In this document: positions 9,450 through 18,813 of the stretch, in pieces
How positions within the stretch are numbered: position 1 is the stretch's first letter
Layout of the letters: each line of letters begins with the position of its first letter
From: an uncultured delta proteobacterium
GTDB taxonomy: Bacteria; Myxococcota_A; Polyangia; Fen-1088
Direction of reading: 5' to 3'
NCBI GenBank assembly: GCA_963796685.1
Contig: CAWCMR010000025.1
Span: 1,472,001 to 1,536,000 of the forward strand
Length of the DNA: 64,000 bases
Notes under the pieces: generated by a model
The model's input: only the letters and a program-made list of their open reading frames with translations
Database searches by the model: none
Told to the model about the DNA's origin: nothing
Program-made: the position numbers and the translations under genes

Positions 9450-10910
9450 ATGCAACTCTCACCCAGCACCAAGATCAACGACCTGCTTTCGAGCCACCCC
9501 TTTCTCGAAGACTTTCTGGCCGCCTACAACCCGCACTTCGCCATTCTGAAGAACAAGATCGCGCGGACTACCGTCGGGCGAGTCGCCACCTTGGGCGCGG
9601 CGGCGCGCATCGCCGGCGTCGACCTCAGGGTCCTTTTACGCGACACGGCCGCCGCCATCGAGAAAGAGACCACCGCGCGTCCTGAGGTCACCGAGGGAGG
9701 GGAGGGAATAGACCGTCATCAGCGCATCGCCATGCTCGGCCACATCATCGCCGAGCTGCACGATGGTGGCGACCTGGCGACGGCCCGCGCGCACTTCGCC
9801 CGGGCGGTGGGCGACGTGGATGCGGGCGAGATCGCGGATATGGAGGAGGAGATGATCCGCGGCGGCTTGCCCGTGGGGGAGGTGCAACGCCTGTGCGACG
9901 TGCACGTGGGCGCGTTTCGCGATTCGCTGGACCAGAAGAAGGAGCTGTCGGTGCCGGCGGGCCATCCCGTGCACACGTACATGGCCGACAACAAGATCAT
10001 CGCGCCACTGGCCGCACAGCTCTCGGAGATCGCGCGCAAGCTCGGCACCGACCGCAGCTTGGCTGGCGAGCTTCTCCCGGTCGCCAGCATGGCGCTGGCC
10101 AAGTGCGACGGGCTCGACAACCACTACAAGCGCAAAGAAAACCAGCTCTTCCCGATGCTCGAACGCCATGGCGTAACCGGTCCTTCGCAAGTGATGTGGG
10201 GCGTGCACGACCAAATCCGCGCGCAGTGGAAGCAGGCAAGGAAATCGGTGGAGAGCGGCGACCTGGGGGCGCTGGTCGACGCCCTTCCGGCGCTCGCCCG
10301 CGGCGTGGTCGAGATGATCTACAAGGAAGAGAAGATTCTCTTCCCCATGGCCCTGGAGAAGCTGACGGCTGCGGAATGGGTAGAGGAGAAGCGCGGAGAG
10401 GACGAGCTCGGCTATGCGCTGGCCAAGCCCGCCATCGCGCTGCCCTTGGCGGCCGGGCGGCCCTCGCCGTCACCCGCGCCCGCGCCCGCCGCCGCCGCCG
10501 GCCTGCTTAGCCTGAGCACCGGCGCGCTGTCGCTGGAGATGGTGGACCTGTTGCTGCGGCACCTGCCCCTCGACCTCTCGTTCGTCGACGAGAACGACGT
10601 GGTCCGCTACTACTCGGAAAGCAAAGAGCGCATCTTCCCGCGCACGCCCGCCGCCATCGGCCGCACGGTGCAGAACTGCCACCCGCCAAGGAGCGTGGAT
10701 ACGGTCAACCGCATCCTCGAGTCGTTCCGCGCCGGGAAGAAAGACGTGGCCGAGTTCTGGATCCACATGGGTCCGCGCTTCGTCAACATTCGCTACTTCG
10801 CCGTGCGCGACAGCGCCGGCAAATACCGCGGCTGCTTGGAGGTCACGCAAGACATCGGCGCCCTCCGCGCCCTCGAAGGCGAACGCCGTCTACTCGATTG
10901 GAAAGACTGA
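9450..10910 (+). CDS. DUF1858-DUF438-hemerythrin-like-PAS_10 protein
   Basis: TKINDLLSSHPFL..FL...P.F..LKN (DUF1858), RLCDVH (DUF438), GHPVH, HYKRKENQLFP, VMWGVHD, and PAS with FPRTPAAIGRTVQNCHPP; start could be TTG 9426. Confidence 0.85.
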   Translation: MQLSPSTKINDLLSSHPFLEDFLAAYNPHFAILKNKIARTTVGRVATLGAAARIAGVDLRVLLRDTAAAIEKETTARPEVTEGGEGIDRHQRIAMLGHIIAELHDGGDLATARAHFARAVGDVDAGEIADMEEEMIRGGLPVGEVQRLCDVHVGAFRDSLDQKKELSVPAGHPVHTYMADNKIIAPLAAQLSEIARKLGTDRSLAGELLPVASMALAKCDGLDNHYKRKENQLFPMLERHGVTGPSQVMWGVHDQIRAQWKQARKSVESGDLGALVDALPALARGVVEMIYKEEKILFPMALEKLTAAEWVEEKRGEDELGYALAKPAIALPLAAGRPSPSPAPAPAAAAGLLSLSTGALSLEMVDLLLRHLPLDLSFVDENDVVRYYSESKERIFPRTPAAIGRTVQNCHPPRSVDTVNRILESFRAGKKDVAEFWIHMGPRFVNIRYFAVRDSAGKYRGCLEVTQDIGALRALEGERRLLDWKD

Positions 10911-10936
10911 TCGGACCAAGGAAAGGGACACGACCG

Positions 10937-13247
10937 ATGCAAAGCTCGAAGACCAAGGCCATCTTGCTGTTCATGCTCACGCTGACCTTCGGCGTGCTGC
11001 TGTTCGGCGGCTATCTCATGCACAAGGAAAAGCCGCCCATCCCCGACACCGTGGTCTCCGCCGACGGCCGCGCGCTTTACGGCGGGCATGACATCACGGG
11101 CGGGCAGAACTATTGGATGAGCCGCGGTGGCCAACACATGGGCAGCGTGTGGGGCCACGGCGCGTACCTGGCGCCCGATTGGTCCGCCGACTACTTGCAC
11201 CGCATGGGCCTGTTCCTGGCGGCGCGCCACCTCGGCCGCGGCGTGGAGGAGGCCGCCACCTTCACGCAAGCCGATCTGCAGAAGCTCGATCCGGGGACAC
11301 GTGGACGCATCACCGGGCTGGTGACGAACGACATCAAGACCAACCGCTTCGATGCGCAGTCCGACCGCCTGACCTTGACCGCGTTCCAGGCCGAGGCCCA
11401 CGCAAGCTTGATTCGCTATTACACCGACATCTTCCGCAATGGCAATTCGCGCATGGGGCTGCAAAGCGGGATTGTCCGCAGCGATGAGGAGGGCCGGCGC
11501 GTGACCGCCTTCTTCGCCTGGCTGGCCTGGGCCGCCGGCACCAACCGGCCGGGCCTCGATCACACCTACACCAACAACTGGCCCTACGACGAGCTGGTCG
11601 GCAACAGGGCCATGCCCGACGCCCTCATGTGGTCCATCGTCAGCGTGCTCTTGCTCATCCTCGGTGTCGCCGCCGCCATCTTCATCTACCAGCGCTACAT
11701 CCGAGACCAAGACGAAGTGGGTGACGCCAAACCCATCACGACGCTGCCCGAGCCCAAGCCCACCTCCAGCCAGAAAGCCACGCTGGCCTACTTCGTCACC
11801 GCCATGGCCTTGTTCGTGCTCCAAGTCGCGATGGGATCGCTGACCGGACACTTCACCGTCGAGGGCACGAAGTTTCTCGGCTTTCCCATCGCCAAGATCC
11901 TGCCGTACGCGGCCGTGCGCACCTGGCACCTGCAACTGTCCGTGTTCTTCATCGCCACCTGCTTCCTGGCCGCGGGTCTCTTCATCGGTCCCATGGTCGG
12001 CCGCGAGCCCAAGCACCAGGGCAAGCTGGTATGGGGCCTGTTCATCACCGTGGTGCTGGTCGTGCTCGGCGCGCTGACCGGCACGTACCTGTCGGTCATG
12101 GGCCACTTCGGCGGCAACGGCTTCATGTTCGGACATCAAGGCTACGAGTACATCGAGCTTGGCCGCTTTTGGCAGATCCTGCTCATCGTCGGTATGCTCG
12201 TCTGGCTGGTGCTGGTGGTGCGGGCGATTCGTCCGGCCCTCGCCGCCGAGAAAGACAACGGCGGCATCACGCACCTGCTGCTCTACAGCGCAGTCACCAT
12301 TCCGACCTTCTACATGGCCGGGCTCATGTACGGCCAAGGCAGCCATCTCTCCGACGCCGAGTACTGGCGCTGGTGGGTGGTGCACCTGTGGGTCGAGGGC
12401 TTCTTCGAGGTCTTCGCCACCGTGTTCATGGCCTTCATCCTGGCCCGCATTGGCGTGGTGAGCTCTAAGTTCGCCCTGCGCTCGGTGTACTTCAGCATCT
12501 TCCTCTACCTCGGCGCCGGTGTCATCGGCACCTTCCACCACCTCTACTGGTCGGGTGCGCCCACGCCCATCGTCGCCCTGGGCGGCACGTTCTCCGCGCT
12601 CGAGGTCGTGCCCCTGACCCTCGTCGGATTCGAGGCCGTCCAGAATCTGCGCAGCGCCAAAGCCGGCGGCTTTCCCAACCCCTACCGCTGGCCCATCTAT
12701 TTCTTCTTGGCCGTGTCGTTCTGGAACATGCTCGGCGCGGGCGTGTTCGGCTTCATGATCAACCCGCCCATCGTGCTCTATTACATCCAGGGCATCAACA
12801 CCACGCCCATCCACGCGCACACCGCCCTTTTCGGGGTGTATGGCCTGCTCGCCATCTCGCTCATGCTCTTCTCCATGCGCAACATCGTGAGGCTCTCCGC
12901 GTGGTCGGATCGCCTGCTCAAATGGAGCTTCTGGGGCATGAACGGCGGACTTCTGCTCATGACCGTGGTCAGCCTGGTGCCGTCGGGTTTCTACCAGTTC
13001 TACTTCGCGGTCCGCGACGGTATGTGGTACGCGCGCAGCCCCGAGATCGCCTCGGGTGAAGTCATCCGCACCTTGGCCAAGTTGCGCATCGGTCCGGATT
13101 CTGATCTTCGCCTCGGGCGCCGTCTTGATGTTGGTGTTCGTCGTTCGTGCCGTAGTCTTGACTGTTCGTAAACCGCAGGAGGAATTTGTCGATGAGTCTC
13201 AAACAAGCACCGGATCAGAACTTGCTGCCGCCCGCCGAGCCAGTTGA
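10937..13247 (+). CDS. norB: Quinol-dependent nitric oxide reductase (qNOR), one extra base at about 13100
   Basis: GSVWGHGAYLAPDWSAD, RTWHLQ, QGYEYIELGR, WWVVHLWVEGFFEVF, GTFHHLYW, FSALEVVP, HAHTALFG; the last TM helix LIFASGAVLMLVFVV resumes in the shifted frame. Confidence 0.93.
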
Positions 13248-13551
13248 CCTGGCAAAATTGGTGGCCTACCAGGACGGTGGTGTGGTCAGCCGCACGCTGG
13301 TCAAGAAGAACGGCGGGACGATCACCATGTTCGCCTTCGATAAGGACCAGGCCCTGTCCGAGCACACCGCGCCCTTCGACGCCATCGTGCAGGTGCTCGA
13401 CGGCGACGCCGAGCTGGTCATCGGCGGCAAGAGCGTCCCCGCCAAAGCCGGCCAGACCGTGCTCATGCCCGCCGGCATCCCGCACGCCGTGAACGCCACC
13501 AGCAAATTCAAGATGCTGCTCATCATGGTGCGCGAATCCGCAGGGAACTGA
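13192..13551 (+). CDS. Cupin-domain protein
   Basis: AGGAGG RBS; FAFDKDQALSEHTAP and MPAGIPHAV cupin motifs. Confidence 0.88.
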   Translation: MSLKQAPDQNLLPPAEPVDLAKLVAYQDGGVVSRTLVKKNGGTITMFAFDKDQALSEHTAPFDAIVQVLDGDAELVIGGKSVPAKAGQTVLMPAGIPHAVNATSKFKMLLIMVRESAGN

Positions 13552-13887
13552 GCGGGCTAGAAGACGCGACGGAAGCTCCACCCGAGCTTGCCCACGGCCA
13601 GCCGGACCAGGGCCTCGTCGGGCATCCACCACAGATCGTGGCTCTTCCTTACGAAGTACTCGCGGCCAATCCAGGCCGTGCGCTCGTGGCCGGCTGACAG
13701 ATGCGTGTGCGTACCTGTCTGGCTCCGTCCTGGTATCGCGGGTACTATTGGCACAAGCGCGCTGCCATGCCTCAGATGCGCCGGGTGAAAGGCCACCATT
13801 ACAATCCCTAGGATCTCCATCGCTTTCACGCACAAGCTTGCCCTGTTTTGCATCGCAGGAACCGCACTCGGATTCATCCAGACGCGG

Positions 13888-15075
13888 GTGACGAGCTGGC
13901 ACGATGCTCGTTGGCGTGCCCTCTCCAGCCTCTGGCGAATCGAGCGCACCAACCTCGGAGACGCCAGCCCGAGCATCTTGGCTGCCGAACGGCTGTCACA
14001 GTCAATGCCCATTTACGCCAGGGTTTCCACCCAAGGGGCTTCATTCATCTATCCTCCGCTGGCGACATTGCCCTACCGGCCTCTGGCTGGCCTTCCACAC
14101 GGCACAGCGCAACTGTACCTGTTCTGGGCCAACCGCTGCCTGCTCGTCGGAATCTTCGTGCTGTTGTTTCTGATCGCTCGACCATTCAATCCCATCGGCT
14201 CCTGGCGTCTCGCGCTCGGCTTGCTTGTGACAACGACGCTCTGGCATCCGCTCATGCGTGCGGTCGAGCTGAATCAAGCCTCTGTGCTCGTCACGTTCTT
14301 CCTGGGAGCCAGCTGGGCAGCGACTCGATACGGGAAGCAAGCTCTTGCGGGAATCCTATGCGCCCTGGCCGTTGCCATCAAACCGCAGCTAGTGTTGGTA
14401 ATCCCCCTCCTCTATTGGCACGCCCGGCGAACCGCGGTGGTCACAGGAATCACGAGCCTGATCCTCATGTGCATCTCGCTGGCCTATGCCGGCTGGGACG
14501 CCCATGTGCAGTACTTGACGCGCGTCCTCCCCTCGCTTCTTCCAGGCTATGCCTTCTATCCCAACCAATCCTGGAATGGACTCATTGGGCGCCTCTTCTT
14601 TTCAGAGCATGCAGCCCTATTCCTCATCGTCCCCGACGATCCGCTTGTTCGGATTGCCCCGGCCGTTCTGGGAACGCTGACGCTACTCTACTTTGGTGTA
14701 ACAATCCGCGCTCTTCCTCGGGTCGCGGAGATGCGTGTAGATGTCTTTGGATTGAGTTGGTTGGCGGCCACGGTGGCTTCCCCCATTGCGTGGGAGCACC
14801 ACTTTGCCCCAGGCCTGTTCTGTCTGGGTTGGCTCTATCGCAGGATCAGCGAGGCTTCTCCCCAGCGGCAACGGAGTGTCGAAAAGCCGGTCATGGGATT
14901 GGTCGTCGCGGCTGTCCTCATGGGGAGTTACTTCGAGGTTCGCCCCCTTCTTCACCCACTTGCGATGGTGCTCGACTCCTATGTTCTTGCCGGGGCGCTT
15001 CTCCTCGGCTACTTCTGGCTGGCACTGCTGAAAGCTCAGCAAACCGAACAGCTCTCCTTGCCGACTCGACGGTGA
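13888..15075 (+). CDS. GT87/DUF2029-like polytopic glycosyltransferase (start uncertain; frame open from 13789)
   Basis: FIYPP, NQAS, AIKP, NQSWNG, SPIAWEHH motifs and many TM segments; more A/T at third positions than its neighbours. Confidence 0.75.
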   Translation: MTSWHDARWRALSSLWRIERTNLGDASPSILAAERLSQSMPIYARVSTQGASFIYPPLATLPYRPLAGLPHGTAQLYLFWANRCLLVGIFVLLFLIARPFNPIGSWRLALGLLVTTTLWHPLMRAVELNQASVLVTFFLGASWAATRYGKQALAGILCALAVAIKPQLVLVIPLLYWHARRTAVVTGITSLILMCISLAYAGWDAHVQYLTRVLPSLLPGYAFYPNQSWNGLIGRLFFSEHAALFLIVPDDPLVRIAPAVLGTLTLLYFGVTIRALPRVAEMRVDVFGLSWLAATVASPIAWEHHFAPGLFCLGWLYRRISEASPQRQRSVEKPVMGLVVAAVLMGSYFEVRPLLHPLAMVLDSYVLAGALLLGYFWLALLKAQQTEQLSLPTRR

Positions 15076-15138
15076 AGGGGAGGGTTGGGTGGGGCGCCCC
15101 ATGATACGTCGGGCGATCGGATCGGCGAGCGCTTTTCC

Positions 15139-16053
15139 CTACTGTCCGCGCAGGGGCGGCATCGCGGCGCCGAGGCCGACCATCAGCGGCACGCCGGGGG
15201 CGAGCACGCTCACCTCCAGCCCGGGGCTGGCGAGGAGTGCCTGCGTCTCCAGCACCTCGAACAGGGCCTTGGCGATCATGGGGTTCTCGGCGATTTGGCC
15301 TAGCGTGCGGCCGACGATCTGCGGGCGCGTGGCCGCGGCCTTGGCGAATTCCACGGCGGCCTGGCGTTCCGCCGTCGAGCGAATCACGTTCACGCGGTTG
15401 GCACCGTCCTGCTGAATCGCGGCGGTGACCTGGCGCAGGCGATTGACGACCTTTTGCTCGATTTGGGAAATCATGCCGCGGTCGCGGAAGTGCACCTTGC
15501 GGATGTAGATGCTGCCCACCTGGTAGCCCCATTCCTGCGACTTGGTGGTGACCTCCTGGCGGACCAGCCGGCTCATGCCGTGACGATTTTCCAGCATGTC
15601 GGAGAGCTTCATGTTGGACAGGCAGCGAACCGTGGCGTTCGAGATGTTGGCGCGCAGGGAGCCGAGCGGGTCGGCGTTCTTGTAGATGTAGTCGAGCGGT
15701 TCGCTCACCACCATCTCGCACCACACGCCGATGCCCATGGGCGCGCCTTCCTCGGAATTCACCGGCTGGCTGCGCATGTAAGTCTGATCGATGCGCACGT
15801 CCACGATGAATTTCTTGCCGAACAAGGGCACCAGCATGGCGAAGGGACCCATGCTCTTCCACGGACAATGCAGCCCCGGTTCGCTGATCACCGTTCGCAC
15901 CTTGCCGAAAAGCTCGAACACCACGACCTGGCGCTCGCGAACCACGACGTACAGAGCGAACATGCGCGCGAGAGCGAGCAGCATCGGCATGGCGACGAAA
16001 CACGCCGCGAAGGTGTAGATCAGGGCCTTGAAGAAGACGAGCAGCGAGTCCAT
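15139..16053 (-). CDS. SPFH/band-7 family protein
   Basis: N-terminal TM, VVRERQVVVFELFGK..EPGLH, VNSEEGAP, alanine-rich coiled coil; TGATG coupling to the upstream SPFH gene. Confidence 0.82.
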   Translation of the reverse strand: MDSLLVFFKALIYTFAACFVAMPMLLALARMFALYVVVRERQVVVFELFGKVRTVISEPGLHCPWKSMGPFAMLVPLFGKKFIVDVRIDQTYMRSQPVNSEEGAPMGIGVWCEMVVSEPLDYIYKNADPLGSLRANISNATVRCLSNMKLSDMLENRHGMSRLVRQEVTTKSQEWGYQVGSIYIRKVHFRDRGMISQIEQKVVNRLRQVTAAIQQDGANRVNVIRSTAERQAAVEFAKAAATRPQIVGRTLGQIAENPMIAKALFEVLETQALLASPGLEVSVLAPGVPLMVGLGAAMPPLRGQ

Positions 16054-17066
16054 CACTTGCCCCCTTCCGTGGCGTCGCGCAGAACCAGGTGCCGCGACTT
16101 GCGTTGCAGGGGGATCTTGGCGTTCCTGACGTAGGCCTCGAGGGCTTGCGGACCGCCGTTGCCGGCCAGCTCGCGTAGCTGGGCCGCCAGGGCCAGCAGG
16201 GGCTCGACCTCGGCCTGGGCATTGAGGGTCTCGATCTCGACCGCGCGCTTCGATTGGACGATGCGCTGGTCGGCGGCGGCCTGGGCCAGGCTGATCTCGC
16301 TCGACACGTGGTTGTGGGCGGTGTTGATGGCGGCCAGGGCCGAGTCCACCTCGGGTGGCGGATCGATGCCGGTGATGAGGGCGGCGTCGAGGTGAATGCC
16401 GTAGCGGGCGGCGGCGGTCTGGCATTCGGCATCCATGCGCTCGTTGAGGTCGCGCAGATTCTTGCGCAAGTCATTGATGGAGATGCCCTGCACGCCACCG
16501 ATGTCGAGGGCGTCCGCGGCGGCATCGGCCCCCGGCGCCTGTGCCTTGTCCGGCGCCTCGAAGTTGGCGATGCGGTCGCGCAAGATGGACACGAAATAGC
16601 CGAGCACGTGGGCGACCGGCCTCTTGACGCCGAAGAGATACGCGTAGAGGTTGCGCTCGGCCACGGTGAAACGGATCTGACCGCTCAGCCCCGTGTTCAG
16701 TTGATCCTTCGTCACCGCCTCGAGCACCTGGCCGCCGGAATTGGCCGATGGATCTTCGGGGTCGAAGGCGATGGAGACGGTCGAGGTCGCGATGGACGCC
16801 CGGTGCAAGGTCTGCCACGGCAGCTTCCAGTAGAAACCCGGGCCCACCACGCGGACCTGGGGATACTCGTAGCGCTGCCTCTCGTCGTCGTTCAGCTTCT
16901 CGGCGATGGGATCGCTGAGCGTGGTTTCGTCCTCCAGCCGCTGCGCTCGTCCGAAGGTGCACAGCACGGCGCGCTCGTTGGGACCGACGGTATAGAAACC
17001 GCCGATGCCATAGCGGGCGAAAAACCACAGCACGATCCCCAGAAGAACGCCGAGCAGGATGTCCAT
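16053..17066 (-). CDS. SPFH/band-7 family protein
   Basis: TM followed by YTVGPNERAV..FG, GPGFYWKLPWQ, VTKDQ, IDPPPEV, AQAAAD coiled coil. Confidence 0.85.
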   Translation of the reverse strand: MDILLGVLLGIVLWFFARYGIGGFYTVGPNERAVLCTFGRAQRLEDETTLSDPIAEKLNDDERQRYEYPQVRVVGPGFYWKLPWQTLHRASIATSTVSIAFDPEDPSANSGGQVLEAVTKDQLNTGLSGQIRFTVAERNLYAYLFGVKRPVAHVLGYFVSILRDRIANFEAPDKAQAPGADAAADALDIGGVQGISINDLRKNLRDLNERMDAECQTAAARYGIHLDAALITGIDPPPEVDSALAAINTAHNHVSSEISLAQAAADQRIVQSKRAVEIETLNAQAEVEPLLALAAQLRELAGNGGPQALEAYVRNAKIPLQRKSRHLVLRDATEGGK

Positions 17067-17267
17067 AGGGACGGCAGCATACTTGATTCGAGAAGATCGT
17101 CTATCGAGCCAGAGGGGAGAGTGGCGGTTGGCTTTTCTGCTCTTTGAAAAGGCTCGACTCGGCGACCGCCGGCTTCGGCCTGGAGGGTTCTGTTAGCTCG
17201 GGCATGCTCCCCGTAGTGCGTTACGGTCGATTCGTGCCCAGGACGAAGACCTCCTGCTGACGCTGGT

Positions 17268-17795
17268 TCACGCGGCCACGAGAGCCGCGGCATCGATTCG
17301 ATAAGCAATCCTCCTGCCGCGTTTCCCTGGCGCGTCCACCTGAAGGAAGGCTTCCGCGACCGCGTCGACTGCCCCACTCTTGTCGCGCAACTGGAAGAAC
17401 ACGTGAGACCGAATGGCATAGGCTGTGGGGCCCGAGATAGGCGCTACTGCGTTCTCCCAGCGATTCACGGTGGCGCGTTCCACCTCTAGCCGTTTGGCGA
17501 ATTCCCCTTGCGTGTCACCAAGCATCCTGCGCAGGTAACGGACCTCGCCAGCATCCAGTGCCGGACTCTTGAGAATCAACGCGGCCAGCAAGTTGGCGAC
17601 CGCATCTAGGACCGCCCCTGACACCGTCAGGGCTCCGCACTTCGAGCAAACCAGAGCATGCAGGTTCTCCACCCCCACGTGCGGCATCCCCAACAATGGC
17701 CCAACATCGTAGTTTACGACCTTTTCCACTAGGTGTCCCTTCTCGCAAGAGGAACAGAGGATTCCGGTAGTTCGTCGACGATGAGTTTTGGTCAC
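17268..17795 (-). CDS. MqsA/YgiT-type zinc finger + XRE HTH antitoxin
   Basis: CSSC...CSKCG zinc finger, then VRYLRRMLGDTQGEFAKRLEVERATVNRWEN HTH; GTGA overlap with the upstream gene. Confidence 0.82.
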   Translation of the reverse strand: MTKTHRRRTTGILCSSCEKGHLVEKVVNYDVGPLLGMPHVGVENLHALVCSKCGALTVSGAVLDAVANLLAALILKSPALDAGEVRYLRRMLGDTQGEFAKRLEVERATVNRWENAVAPISGPTAYAIRSHVFFQLRDKSGAVDAVAEAFLQVDAPGKRGRRIAYRIDAAALVAA

Positions 17796-18106
17796 GTTGC
17801 TTCCATGATCGTGATGAGTAGGATCTGGCGCCCAAAGCTATCCAGGAAGGCTTCCACCCCGAGCGCGGCCATGTCCCCGTTGCTGTCCTGGCCAAGGACT
17901 CGCCAACACGTCCCGTTGGCCAGGATCTTGGCTTCGGGGTAGGGCGCGCAAGTCTTCGCCGTAGCGGCGATACGCTTGGCATCGAAGATCGAGTAGTAGC
18001 GCTGGCGGCAACGCTTTTCGAAGTGCGGGTCGGGAACGTAGCGGCCGGCAGCCATGGCCTCCCGCACCCATGCCAGTGCGTGTACCGCAGTCTTCGGTCC
18101 GGGCAT
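17792..18106 (-). CDS. DUF4258-like putative toxin
   Basis: GRY...PHFEKRCRQR..SIFD...WRVLG.D...LLITI pattern; small gene directly upstream of the MqsA-like antitoxin. Confidence 0.65.
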   Translation of the reverse strand: MPGPKTAVHALAWVREAMAAGRYVPDPHFEKRCRQRYYSIFDAKRIAATAKTCAPYPEAKILANGTCWRVLGQDSNGDMAALGVEAFLDSFGRQILLITIMEAT

Positions 18107-18145
18107 CCATGTAACATATTGTTGCATGGGCCTCGGTCCGGTCAA
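18107..18145 (-). promoter_or_regulatory. Putative promoter/operator of the second TA pair
   Basis: Inverted repeat CCATGTAACA-tat-TGTTGCATGG (9/10 match) next to the ATG; TTGACC on the minus strand at 18145-18140. Confidence 0.5.
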
Positions 18146-18216
18146 CCACCGAATTGTCGGCAAGGACGCAGATGAGGAAGCCGAGCGCCGCTTTCCCGAA
18201 TCTCGCCTTGCCTAAT

Positions 18217-18813
18217 CTAACCGGCCTTGGACTTCAGCCCGAGCAGCCGCTGCAGGACCGCTTTCGATCCCTCGGCGACGGTCTCGTGCAGGGAGCCGCC
18301 TTGGGCGTCCATGGTGACCACCGTGGGGAAATCCTTAACTTGGATCACCCACATGGCCTCCGGCACGCCGAATTCTTCCAGCTTGAACACGCGTTCGACG
18401 CGAACCACGGCGCGCGCCAGGGACTGCGCCGTGCCGCCCACGGCGTGCAGGTAGACCGCGCCATGCTCGACCAAGGCCTTGCGAGTCTTGTCGGCCATGC
18501 CGCCCTTGCCGATCACGCCGCGCACACCGTAGCGTGCGATGACGTCGGCCTGGAAGGGCTCTTCGCGCGCGCTGGTGGTCGGGCCGGCGGCGACGAAGTC
18601 GTAGCTGCCGTCGGCGTTCTTCCGCACCACCGGACCACAGTGGTAGATGATCGAGCCGGCCAGGTATGGCGCGACCTCGTCGCGGAAGCCACCCACCAGC
18701 CAGTGATGGGCCGTGTCCCGGCCGGTGATGATGCGGCCGGAAAGCAGGGCGGGCTCGCCCACGCGCAGGGCGCGGATCTCGGCCTCGTCGCAGGGCAGGT
18801 TCAGCTGAGCCAT
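18217..18813 (-). CDS. Class I fumarate hydratase / tartrate dehydratase beta subunit
   Basis: GRDTAH, YHCGPV, AGPTTSARE, IGKGGM, GVPEAMW. Confidence 0.9.
   Translation of the reverse strand: MAQLNLPCDEAEIRALRVGEPALLSGRIITGRDTAHHWLVGGFRDEVAPYLAGSIIYHCGPVVRKNADGSYDFVAAGPTTSAREEPFQADVIARYGVRGVIGKGGMADKTRKALVEHGAVYLHAVGGTAQSLARAVVRVERVFKLEEFGVPEAMWVIQVKDFPTVVTMDAQGGSLHETVAEGSKAVLQRLLGLKSKAG

Noticed and set aside
10937-13247. NO dismutase (Nod) instead of qNOR
   Set aside because: The canonical HLWVEGFFE and GTFHHLYW ligands are intact; the substitutions typical of Nod are absent.
17150-17200. Integron attC site after the MqsA-like gene (minus strand GCTAACAGAACCCTCCAGGCCGA)
   Set aside because: It resembles the first half only; there is no matching GTTRRRY end or complementary arm, and no integrase.
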